Shown here: positions 1-8,882 of the stretch, one piece after another
Numbering within the stretch: the stretch's first letter is position 1
How the letters are laid out: each line of letters opens with the position of its first letter
NCBI GenBank assembly: GCA_039024555.1
Contig: JBCCQQ010000004.1
Coordinates: forward strand, 32,001-96,000
Direction of reading: 5' to 3'
DNA length: 64,000 nucleotides
Source: Cyanobacteria bacterium P01_D01_bin.156
GTDB lineage: Bacteria; Cyanobacteriota; Cyanobacteriia; Phormidesmidales; Phormidesmidaceae
Position numbers and translations under genes: made by a program
Notes under the pieces: model-generated
What the model was told of the DNA's origin: nothing
Databases searched by the model: none
Seen by the model: only the letters and a program-made list of their open reading frames with translations

Positions 1-809
1 AAGTCCTTGCCAACAGGCGGGTTAGCGATGTTTATGTGGAGAACAATCGTGTTACTGGCGTCGTGTGTTCGGGGGTGGATGGTGATGAACAGTTTGACGC
101 CGATGCGGTTATTTTCTCGGTGGGTATTACGGGCATGAAGAAGATTGTGGCGGGTAGTGAGGCCCTACGCAATCGAACTGAGTTTAGAAACCTACAAAAT
201 CTCGGCGGCATTGATGTCCTGGCCACCCGCTTGTGGTTTGACCGTAAAGTCGATGTGCCGTTGCCATCCAATGCCTGTTTTGGTTTTCATCAGACCACCG
301 GTTGGACATTTTTTGATCTAAATGCCCTCCAGGATGAGTATAAGGATGAACCGGGCAGCGTCATCGAAGTGGACTACTACCATGCAAACCAACTCTTGCC
401 CCTAAGCGATAGCCAAATTGTTGAGCTGACTCAAAAAGACTTAGCAGGCTGCATTCCTGCCTTTGGTGAGGCGCAGGTGATGGATCAAGCTGTGGTGAGA
501 ATTTCCCAGGGGGTGAGCCACTTTGCACCGGGTAGCTATCGTTACTTGTTACCGGGTACAACAAGTTTTGACAACCTCTTTATGAGTGGCGATTGGATCG
601 TCACTCGCCACGGGTCCTGGTCCCAGGAGAAGGCCTATGTGACGGGGCTAGAAGCAGCAAACCGGGTAGTTGATCTGTTGGGCACAGGAACAGAAGCTGA
701 GATTACACCCATTGTTCCTGATGAACCCCATATTCAAGCAGCACGCGCGGTTAACACCACTGTTCGACAGATGGTTACCCAAGTCATTCCACAAATTTGG
801 TCCTATTAA
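1..809 (+). CDS. FAD-dependent oxidoreductase (amine oxidase/carotenoid desaturase-like), 5'-truncated by the window edge
   Basis: The frame is open from the window start (VLANRRVSDVYVENN...). The C-terminal NLFMSGDW...SQEKAYVTGLEAAN motif is typical of this flavoprotein family. Confidence 0.75.
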   Translation, partial: VLANRRVSDVYVENNRVTGVVCSGVDGDEQFDADAVIFSVGITGMKKIVAGSEALRNRTEFRNLQNLGGIDVLATRLWFDRKVDVPLPSNACFGFHQTTGWTFFDLNALQDEYKDEPGSVIEVDYYHANQLLPLSDSQIVELTQKDLAGCIPAFGEAQVMDQAVVRISQGVSHFAPGSYRYLLPGTTSFDNLFMSGDWIVTRHGSWSQEKAYVTGLEAANRVVDLLGTGTEAEITPIVPDEPHIQAARAVNTTVRQMVTQVIPQIWSY

Positions 810-974
810 GGATACAAGTTTGTCCTTGTGCCTTTGTAGCAAACTTGGAGGTGATCCGGGCTACAAAGGCTTCTATCCTTAAGCGCCTAGAACTTTATGC
901 GATCTTCATCAGTCTCTATCTGTAAGCTTCTAACCACGGGCGTATGGGTAGCTAAGGTCTTGGAGAATTAAGCT

Positions 975-1091
975 ATGAATACGGTTATGTTGTTGGCAAC
1001 TCTGGAAATTTGTAACTTTATTGGCGGCTGCGCCTGGTTGGAAACTGCGATCGCATTTGTGCAAGAGTGGGTTTCTAAAATCACAGTCTAA
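975..1091 (+). CDS. Putative 38-aa small hydrophobic protein (not in ORF track)
   Basis: GGAG at 962-965, ATG at 975, TAA at 1089-1091. Translation: MNTVMLLATLEICNFIGGCAWLETAIAFVQEWVSKITV. Confidence 0.45.
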   Translation: MNTVMLLATLEICNFIGGCAWLETAIAFVQEWVSKITV

Positions 1092-1226
1092 GGGCTCGCT
1101 CAATTCGATGTCGTTGCTGATTTAGCGAATAAAACGATCGATAAAACTGTCTATAGTTCTGGATATAAAAGCGAACATTCTGTCGGGAATCAGCAACGCT
1201 AATTTAACCGACTATATAAACACCAG

Positions 1227-1269
1227 CAGGGCATAGAGGTCGCAAACCTCCCATGCCCTGTTTATTTTT
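1227..1269 (+). terminator. Rho-independent terminator
   Basis: CAGGGCAT-A-GAGGT / ACCTC-CC-ATGCCCTG stem followed by TTTATTTTT. Confidence 0.7.
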
Positions 1270-1273
1270 CACC

Positions 1274-1744
1274 TCACGCCCAAGCATATTTCATATGGAG
1301 CAGCGCTACCTTCTTTTGCTCCCAATTAACCCTAGATTCCACAGCATAGGGAACAAAACCTAGTCCTGCGTATAGCAACAATGCCGGAGTATTGTTATTG
1401 AACACTGATATATGGGGAGTCGCCTGATACTTGGTTTGACAGATTTCCATCATGTGTTGAATCAGCGCTTTGCCTATCCCTTTCCCACGGTAATCTTTTG
1501 TAACAATTACATTTCCAATAAACGCAGACTGTTGGGGCACTAAGTCATACAGATCTGCAAAAGCAACAACAGCTGAATCGACAATGCCGACGGTTAATTC
1601 ATGACGCTGGCTGGCAATAGCCGCCAACTGTTGAACATCCCAAGGATAGCGACCGGTTGGGTACACCAAATAAAGTTCTTCTGGAGACGTGACCAGGTGG
1701 CCAATCGCCTTATAGTGATTTTCTGTTGCTGGGATAAATTCCAT
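1274..1744 (-). CDS. GNAT family N-acetyltransferase
   Basis: Acetyl-CoA motif VIVTKDYRGKGIGKALI and NTPALLLYAGLGF. The ATG at 1744 is preferred over the TTG at 1783. Confidence 0.85.
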   Translation of the reverse strand: MEFIPATENHYKAIGHLVTSPEELYLVYPTGRYPWDVQQLAAIASQRHELTVGIVDSAVVAFADLYDLVPQQSAFIGNVIVTKDYRGKGIGKALIQHMMEICQTKYQATPHISVFNNNTPALLLYAGLGFVPYAVESRVNWEQKKVALLHMKYAWA

Positions 1745-1941
1745 TGATAAGTCTATAGCTAAGCTCAAAGACACCAAGCCCAACAGCTATGATACTTTCG
1801 GCTTTGAAAACTGCTCCAAAGGATAGGGCTAATGAATCAATTTTGGGCACTCTGTCCTGAGCCATCATCTACAATTCTTGCGAAGGGTCTGCCCAGAAAG
1901 CCAGTACAGTATCCACAAACATCTACCACATCTACCGAGCA

Positions 1942-4188
1942 ATGGCACATGAACGTCGATGGTATGCCAGTTATTGGATACAGGCCGGTTGTCTGGCCAT
2001 TTGTTTTTTTCTTACGGCGCAGCTATCGACTACGGCCTTAAATATTGAAGCAGCGGCATCTCCTCTGTGGCCCCCGGCCGGTATTGCCTTGACTGGCCTT
2101 CTGCTCTTGGGTTCTCGCTTATGGATCGGTGTAGCTTTGGGAGCATTTTGGGCCTCATTGGCAGACCAGGTGCCGCTAGGATTATCCACAGTGCTGTGCC
2201 TAGGCAGTGCTCTGCAAGCACTGGTGGGCAGCTACTTGCTCCGTCGTCGCTGGGAGCGCAGTTTTCAGATGTACGACTGGCAGCTGGAGGACTTACTCAC
2301 ATTCTTAGGTCTAGGAGTGCTGCTGACTCCTATGATCAATGCGGTTTACAGCACCACGGTCGGATATATTTTTGGGGTACTGCAGGCTCAGGAGCTCGTA
2401 AACAATGCCATTGTCATCTGGCTCGGAGACGGCATGGGCATTCTCGTCCTGACGCCTTTTTTACTAGCCCTTGCCGTTGGCTGGAAACATGCCATCACCC
2501 TACGCATTGCTCCCCGCTGGGAATTAGGACTTTGTTTGGGGTCACTCGTGGTAGTCAGCGCCATTGTATTTGGGGCACAAACCGATAGCGCGATCGCAAA
2601 ATATCCCCTAGAGTATCTCCCCTTTCCCTTTGTGGTTTGGGCGGCTTTACGATTGGGGCTACGCGGCACCACACTCGCCAGCTTTTTAGTGTCGGTCATT
2701 GCCGTCATCGGCGCAGTCCATCGCGGGGGGCCGTTTATTACCAAAGCAGGTGGAAATCTCGGTGAAGCCATCCTGCTGTTGCAGAGCTACGCTGCGGTTA
2801 TCAGCATCACTGCCCTAGTTCTGTCGGTGGTGGTTACAGAACGACAGCAAAGCAAAGTCAAACTAGCCAGAAGTGAAGCTAGTTTGGCCAATGCCCAACG
2901 GATTGCTCAGCTGGGTAACTGGGACTGGAGCCTCGGCATCAATGAAAAACTAATTGAGAAAACCCTCAAAAAATTTCCTCAAAAAACAGGAGAAAACAAT
3001 CATTCCGACCACACACTATCCTGGTCCAATGAGCTGTATACCCTGTTGGGGTACCCCATCGGTGCCGTCCCTCCCAGTCAGTCTTTATTTTTAGAACGGG
3101 TACACCCAGAAGATCAAAGACGGGTGGGCCTAGCCTGGAATGTAGCCCGCACCCACCATCGTCCCTATCGCCTGGACTATCGCTTATCGTTGCCCGATGG
3201 CACAGAACGAACGGTTAATGAACAGGTGCACATCGAATCAGATCGCATTACTGGGACCGTGCAAGATATTACCGAGCGCAAACGAGTGGAGGCGGCGCTG
3301 CGAGAGACCGAAGCACTGCGGGCAACCATGTACCGCTACTTGAGCCAGGACCTAGCCGAACAGTTACTGGAAAGCAACAACACTAAGCTGGGGGGAGCTA
3401 GACGGTTTGTGTCCATCTTGTTTGCCGACATCCGCAGCTACACCTCACTCACAGAGCAGCTTACGCCTGAAGAAGTTGTGGCCCTATTAAATCGCTATTT
3501 TGAAACCATGGTGGACGTGATTTTTGACCACCGTGGCACCCTAGATAAATTTATTGGGGATGCCATTATGGCAGTGTTTGGGTCTCCCATTCCCCAGGAA
3601 GACCATGCTCAACAGGCGGTAGCCACAGCCCTGGATATGCAAACACACTTGGAGCAGTTTAATCAAAAGCAGCAGCAACAGGGGTTATCCACCCTGCAAA
3701 TTGGTATCGGCATCAATTCCGATGATGTGATTACGGGCAACATTGGCTCCAGTAAGCGGATGGAGTTTACGGCCATTGGCGATGGTGTAAACCTGACATC
3801 CCGTATAGAGAGTGCAACAAAACTATATGGCTGCTCCATCATTATTAGCGAGAATACCTACAGCCTATGTCGAGACGCCATCTGGGTAAGAGAATTGGAC
3901 TATGTGTGTGTAAAAGGGAAACGGCAGCCGGTCAAGCTATATGAGGTATTAGGATTGCGATCGCAGCCTCTCCCTCCTGAACAACAGCAACAGATTGCTC
4001 TTTATGGAAAGGGTCGAGCCCTTTACCAGCAGCGTCAATTTGCCCTGGCCATTGATACCTTCAGTACATTACTCCGACAGGTTCCCGACGATCAGGCCAC
4101 TCGCCTGTACATCAACCGTTGCCGACAGCTACAGGACTCTCCTCCAGAGCAAAATTGGGACGGTTCTTGGCAGTTACAAGAAAAATAG
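1942..4188 (+). CDS. MASE1-PAS class III adenylate cyclase with C-terminal TPR-like tail
   Basis: MASE1 (SPLWPPAGIA, WLGDGMG) and PAS/PAC (VHPED...GTVQDITERK) motifs. Cyclase motifs FADIRSYT, DKFIGDA and EFTAIGDGVN.SR; the Lys/Thr pair indicates ATP specificity. Confidence 0.9.
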   Translation: MAHERRWYASYWIQAGCLAICFFLTAQLSTTALNIEAAASPLWPPAGIALTGLLLLGSRLWIGVALGAFWASLADQVPLGLSTVLCLGSALQALVGSYLLRRRWERSFQMYDWQLEDLLTFLGLGVLLTPMINAVYSTTVGYIFGVLQAQELVNNAIVIWLGDGMGILVLTPFLLALAVGWKHAITLRIAPRWELGLCLGSLVVVSAIVFGAQTDSAIAKYPLEYLPFPFVVWAALRLGLRGTTLASFLVSVIAVIGAVHRGGPFITKAGGNLGEAILLLQSYAAVISITALVLSVVVTERQQSKVKLARSEASLANAQRIAQLGNWDWSLGINEKLIEKTLKKFPQKTGENNHSDHTLSWSNELYTLLGYPIGAVPPSQSLFLERVHPEDQRRVGLAWNVARTHHRPYRLDYRLSLPDGTERTVNEQVHIESDRITGTVQDITERKRVEAALRETEALRATMYRYLSQDLAEQLLESNNTKLGGARRFVSILFADIRSYTSLTEQLTPEEVVALLNRYFETMVDVIFDHRGTLDKFIGDAIMAVFGSPIPQEDHAQQAVATALDMQTHLEQFNQKQQQQGLSTLQIGIGINSDDVITGNIGSSKRMEFTAIGDGVNLTSRIESATKLYGCSIIISENTYSLCRDAIWVRELDYVCVKGKRQPVKLYEVLGLRSQPLPPEQQQQIALYGKGRALYQQRQFALAIDTFSTLLRQVPDDQATRLYINRCRQLQDSPPEQNWDGSWQLQEK

Positions 4189-4226
4189 TTATGCCGTATC
4201 AGCAGATATTGGCAACGCTCTCTTGC

Positions 4227-5156
4227 CTAGGCCAATTTGCAAATTGTTTCTCCACCATTTTCAATCCAGCCATAGATCATGCCGGAGGTAGAATGCCCCG
4301 CTGCACATTTACCGGCCCGATCCACAACAATCACACCGCCCAAACCTTGCACCTTCTGTTTTAGGTACTCAATCCCAGCCGTAGCTGCAGCTTGGGCATC
4401 AAGATCCTGAAAATAAACGAAATCAGCAATCATCTTACTCAACACGGTTCGTTGAAATTGCTCCCCATATCCTGTAGCTGAGACTGCACAGGTGTCATTA
4501 TCAGCAAACACGCCAGCGCCAACAATGGGACTATCTCCCACCCGTCCCCACCGCTTATTGACAATCCCGCCGGTAGAGGTGGCCGCCGCCAAATTTCCTT
4601 GAATGTCTCTCGCAGCGGCCCCAATGGTGCCATACTTCTGACTAGGCTTCGCCGCTTCATGGTCGAGCATCATGCCACCCATTTTCTGGGCTTCACGCCA
4701 TTGGCGAACACGGGTGTCGATCACAAAATAGTCGTTGGTCATCCGGGGCAAGCCACAAAACTTGGCAAATTCACGGGCCCCTTTACCAATCAACATTACA
4801 TGTTCACTTTTCTCCAACACCTGACGGGCCAACCGAGTTGGATTTTTAATCGAGGTAATTCCAGCAACCGCCCCTGCATCAAAGGTCTTGCCATCCATAA
4901 TGGCCGCATCCATTTCCACCTCACCATATTCATTAAGTACAGACCCTCGACCCGCATTGTAAAGCGGATCATCTTCTAGCAAAGCTGCACAGTGCTCCAC
5001 CGCATCTAAGGCACTTCCACCCTCTGCCAGAATGTGGCGACCGCTTTCTAAAATACGATGCATACTCGCGATAAAATCTGCTTCATTTCCCTCTCGTTTA
5101 ATTTGCTCCAAAGCACCTGCACCGCCATGGATAATGAGAGAAAAATCACTTGCCAT
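4227..5156 (-). CDS. iaaA: Isoaspartyl peptidase / L-asparaginase (Ntn hydrolase)
   Basis: IIHGGAG, the GTIGA cleavage site with nucleophilic Thr, ATSTGG and GRVGDSPIVGAG. Confidence 0.92.
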   Translation of the reverse strand: MASDFSLIIHGGAGALEQIKREGNEADFIASMHRILESGRHILAEGGSALDAVEHCAALLEDDPLYNAGRGSVLNEYGEVEMDAAIMDGKTFDAGAVAGITSIKNPTRLARQVLEKSEHVMLIGKGAREFAKFCGLPRMTNDYFVIDTRVRQWREAQKMGGMMLDHEAAKPSQKYGTIGAAARDIQGNLAAATSTGGIVNKRWGRVGDSPIVGAGVFADNDTCAVSATGYGEQFQRTVLSKMIADFVYFQDLDAQAAATAGIEYLKQKVQGLGGVIVVDRAGKCAAGHSTSGMIYGWIENGGETICKLA

Positions 5157-5296
5157 AACTCAATATAATGCAACAAAAAGAAAAGTAACCGAAAACCATT
5201 GCTAGCAGGCAGCTTCAGGAGATTTCACCTCAGATCTGGTTACGTTGGCTACAGAAGTATCCCATAATAGATAGGCTGAAGTCAGCATTTTTAGCC

Positions 5297-5611
5297 ATGA
5301 ATTCTCTTCAAACCCTAAGTCCAAACAATTTTTCAGTCGAGGAGTATACATCTCTCACTCTAGAAATGGCTGAATTAGAAAGTTTTCGCATTAGAACAGA
5401 ACTTATGCTGGTGCTACGGCGCTTTATCCAGCAGGAACAGTGGACATTGGAAGAAGCTGCACGGGCTTTCCGTCAGTCTTCACCTCGTATGCAAAACTTG
5501 ATTAATGGTGAGATCAGCCGTTTTTCTGTAGAAGACCTCGTTCAGCTTCTAACTAGGGCCGGATTGACTGTAAATATATCCGTTAATATCTCATCGGCAG
5601 CTCCTGTCTAG
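5297..5611 (+). CDS. XRE-family HTH protein (HigA2-like)
   Basis: WTLEEAARAF...PRMQNLINGEISRFSVEDLVQLL matches the HigA2-type HTH pattern. Confidence 0.75.
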   Translation: MNSLQTLSPNNFSVEEYTSLTLEMAELESFRIRTELMLVLRRFIQQEQWTLEEAARAFRQSSPRMQNLINGEISRFSVEDLVQLLTRAGLTVNISVNISSAAPV

Positions 5612-5698
5612 AGTCTTGCATCATAGCCCTTAAATTGAGGAACCTAGCATCCCTAAGGAAGCTGACTACTCAGTGAATACTCAATAAGACGATTATTC

Positions 5699-5742
5699 TT
5701 CTACTGAGGACATCTAAGATTTTTCAGATGTCCTCAGTAGAA
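5699..5742. repeat. Perfect 17-bp inverted repeat with 10-nt loop
   Basis: TTCTACTGAGGACATCT (5699-5715) / AGATGTCCTCAGTAGAA (5726-5742). Confidence 0.9.
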
Positions 5743-6099
5743 TGTTTCCAAGTTGGCATAGCCAAAACAAACGCTTCAGTTCATTCTTAGAACAATCCAA
5801 AGCATCCGTCGGAGTATTGTTTTACAAGTTTTGATGTTTAATGTCACAAGATCAGGACATTATAAGTCTTGTCATGTATTTAATTTGTTTTGACAGGTAA
5901 AACTCAGAAGCTAAAGTATCTCTTTATCTTTCAGAAATATTGCTGTTCTAGCTGGGTTTGCGTCTCAGAATACTTGCTCGGCTTGCGGCATCTGCAGAAA
6001 GGTTCACTGCAAAACCCTCAGGAATATCCAAATTAATTAACATTCTGATGTTGCACTGACGACAGGTATCGCTCATGCTGTTGGCGTAGTTGGAGATTC

Positions 6100-6113
6100 G
6101 TATCTTTAGATAC
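6100..6113. promoter_or_regulatory. NtcA-consensus box upstream of the ATP-grasp gene
   Basis: GTATCTTTAGATAC fits GTA-N8-TAC. TAGTAT lies 19 nt downstream, shorter than the canonical ~22 nt. Confidence 0.45.
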
Positions 6114-6276
6114 TTAATTTTCCTCTGCGCGCTAGTATTAGAGCTGTTGGGTTGTGATTAATTATTTATTCTCCACTTGGTCTACTAAGACCTGAATTTT
6201 GCAGTAGAGAAAATGTCAAATCCCTTTTCTGATGAGGTTTGGCTGTTCAATTTTTATTATTCTGAGAGTTCTCAAA

Positions 6277-7395
6277 ATGAAGATTTTTAACCACGACATC
6301 ACCTTAAGTACCCTAGATTCTAATCCAGGCATTCATCTCTTCTCTGCACGAGGAATCGGGTTGAGTGCTCCAGGTGATGTGGTTCAGCTGCATCCAAACC
6401 TAGCTGTAGATTGGCCAGCCGTCAGGGAGCACTACGAGCGCATTGGCTTGGCACACAGCCATAACATTCTCTGGACTACTGACTTTAATGTACTAAAGCA
6501 ACAACCCTCCGACAACATATCTGTTTACTTCTTTGGGCACGCATTTGATCATAAACGTAACTGTGCCCAAATGCTGAGAGACTTGGATACTGAATGGTAC
6601 CAAGTCGTGCAACACATGAATTCTAAAAACAAATTTGTGGAGTTGGCCCATGAACTAGGGGTGGCCGTTCCACCCACACAATGTTTTAATCATCGCGGTG
6701 AGCTTGGTAACCTGGAAGCCTTTGCCTATCCATGCTACGTAAAGCTAGCTGTGTCTGACCATGGCGTGGGCATTTGTCGCTGTGAGAATTCGGCTGATCT
6801 ATTGGCGGCCATAGAACAGTTTCCCCAGGATAAACCGTTCCAGATCCAGGCTGAGATCCAGGCCTTGGCATTTCTTAATCTTCAGTATCGGATAACGTCC
6901 CAAGGCTTAGAACGCGTATTAGTATCTGAACAAATTTTAGATGGCTGTGTTCATGGGGGAAATCGTTATCCCACATTGCACCAACCGTGGCATGTGGTGG
7001 AGCCCATGGCCCAATGGATGTATGACCATGGGATGAAAGGAACGTTTGGTTTTGACGTGGCAGTTGTAGATACTCCGGACGGTGTGGATTATCTGGCTAT
7101 TGAATGTAATCCTCGATTTAATGGGTCTTCTTATCCAACAGAAATGGCAAAGCGGTTGGAGATTGACTCCTGGTGTAGTGAAACTCTCCATGTCGATTGC
7201 CATAGCCTGCACGATTTAAATCTTGAAGAGCTAGAGTTCAACCCCACAACTAAAACAGGGATTGTGTTGGTAAATTGGGGCACCATCCAAGTTGGGAAGC
7301 TAACCGTGTTGCTAGCAGGGAGCCCTGAACAACAAACAGTATTGAGTCAAGCGATGAGAACTCGGTGGAGTCGTAAAACTGTTTTTGCAGGGTAA
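6277..7395 (+). CDS. ATP-grasp domain protein (putative carboxylate-amine ligase)
   Basis: YVKLAVSDHGVG, FQIQAEI, FGFDVAV and IECNPRFNGSS motifs. The start at MKIFNHD is preferred over 6232. Confidence 0.85.
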   Translation: MKIFNHDITLSTLDSNPGIHLFSARGIGLSAPGDVVQLHPNLAVDWPAVREHYERIGLAHSHNILWTTDFNVLKQQPSDNISVYFFGHAFDHKRNCAQMLRDLDTEWYQVVQHMNSKNKFVELAHELGVAVPPTQCFNHRGELGNLEAFAYPCYVKLAVSDHGVGICRCENSADLLAAIEQFPQDKPFQIQAEIQALAFLNLQYRITSQGLERVLVSEQILDGCVHGGNRYPTLHQPWHVVEPMAQWMYDHGMKGTFGFDVAVVDTPDGVDYLAIECNPRFNGSSYPTEMAKRLEIDSWCSETLHVDCHSLHDLNLEELEFNPTTKTGIVLVNWGTIQVGKLTVLLAGSPEQQTVLSQAMRTRWSRKTVFAG

Positions 7396-7485
7396 AATTA
7401 GTAAGCGATTATTTTCTCCTGCAGGCTCATTCCTGCAGGAGAAAATAATGGTCAGGAAAAGTATCAGCAATACCCAATGGGAGAA

Positions 7486-8136
7486 TCACTCCAACCGTTG
7501 TTTACGCTGTAGGATTCCGGTAAGAATGGCCAGGGCAAATGCGCCCAGAATCGCAAATACTAGTAACAACCTACCCCCTTCTAGCAAGCCCGCTCCTAGA
7601 GCAACAATGGGAGGGTTAGAAATGGCAATGCTTAGGATAAGAGCAGGGATAAATCGCCACCAGTTTGCTTGGGTAAGGCCAACGCCGTAGGCAACAAAAT
7701 CAAAAAACCCCGTCATTAGAAACGCTGTCATCAGAAAGAAATTGTGCTCTAGATGCTTCTGGCTGAGGCTATCGACACGGGTAATAAATTTTTCTCCTAT
7801 CAGCCGCTTAACAAAGTCACGCCCAAACTGTCTTGATAGAAAAAAGCTTAGACTGCAAGAACACAGATCGGCTAGGCAAATGACCAACAGTCCTTGGGAA
7901 AAGCCTAAAAGCCCTCCCGCCAGTACAGAATAGGCCGTGCCGGGTAAAGCAGGAACGACAACGCTAGTAAAACGCAAGAAGAATAATGCCAGAGGAGCCC
8001 ACACTCCTAAGCTTTCTACACTGGCACGCAGTTGACTAATGCCATAGCGCTGCAGGAGGACGACTATGAATATGACAGCGACCACAAGTCCTGCTAATTT
8101 GAGCCACTTTATCCATTTACGATTGTTTTGAGCCAT
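7486..8136 (-). CDS. TVP38/TMEM64 (VTT, DedA-superfamily) membrane protein
   Basis: VVPALPG...LAGGLLG...SRQFGR and FDFVAYGVGLT motifs; multiple hydrophobic helices. Confidence 0.85.
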   Translation of the reverse strand: MAQNNRKWIKWLKLAGLVVAVIFIVVLLQRYGISQLRASVESLGVWAPLALFFLRFTSVVVPALPGTAYSVLAGGLLGFSQGLLVICLADLCSCSLSFFLSRQFGRDFVKRLIGEKFITRVDSLSQKHLEHNFFLMTAFLMTGFFDFVAYGVGLTQANWWRFIPALILSIAISNPPIVALGAGLLEGGRLLLVFAILGAFALAILTGILQRKQRLE

Positions 8137-8142
8137 TCGTTC

Positions 8143-8718
8143 TTAATAGGGCCAGGGGCTTTCATAGCTTACCGGCTGAACCCGAGGAACCGAACGACGG
8201 GTTTTAGGGGCAGGTTTATTCTGAGCGACAGCAGAAACTTCTTGAAACGCTTCCTGCATAATCGGTGAGAGCCTAGGCTCCTGGGAGGTGGTCTGACGGC
8301 TACGCCCTTTATTAATTTCGCGAATCCGCCGAGAAAGCATACGAATAATGTTTACAGCAATACCCGGAGTTTCATCAATGGCCTCATAGAGCTGCTGCTG
8401 AGTGAGCATCAAACAGTCACAGGGGGTCATGGTGGTAACAGATGCCGAGCGGGGCTCTGCATCAAATAAAGACATTTCCCCAAAGCAGGTGCCTTTTTCC
8501 AGGGTGGTCAGGTTTTGCGATCGCAAATGGACCCGCACCCGCCCAGACACCACAATATACAGTGCACGCCCCTCCTCTCCTTCAGTAAAAATCCGATGAT
8601 TCGTTGGAAATGAAAGCTCATCCATAATGGAGGCCAATCTCACCAGAAAGTCATCCCGTAGCTCCTTAAAAATAGGAACCGCACGCACGAACAATAACCG
8701 GTCAACGCTGGTGAGCAT
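8143..8718 (-). CDS. Cyclic nucleotide-binding domain protein with no HTH
   Basis: IFTEGEEGRALYIVVSGRV and the FGEMSLFDAEPRSASV phosphate-binding cassette. Confidence 0.9.
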   Translation of the reverse strand: MLTSVDRLLFVRAVPIFKELRDDFLVRLASIMDELSFPTNHRIFTEGEEGRALYIVVSGRVRVHLRSQNLTTLEKGTCFGEMSLFDAEPRSASVTTMTPCDCLMLTQQQLYEAIDETPGIAVNIIRMLSRRIREINKGRSRQTTSQEPRLSPIMQEAFQEVSAVAQNKPAPKTRRSVPRVQPVSYESPWPY

Positions 8719-8882
8719 AATGAACTAAGGAGGCTGCTATGGCCAAAGAATAGATGGGATTGAGCAAAAGCTGCTGTTTAGTTATGGAAGTTTATACTTC
8801 CCCAAAGTGGATGCAAGCTAGCGGAGAATCCTGTCTACCTGGAACATACCCAGATTATGGACAGTTTGCTCATCGGATGCGA

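Noticed and set aside
5930..6030. Possible c-di-GMP-I riboswitch (GACGCAAA on the minus strand)
   Set aside because: The required GGCAAAC/GNRA P2 architecture is not present; an Rfam search would settle it.
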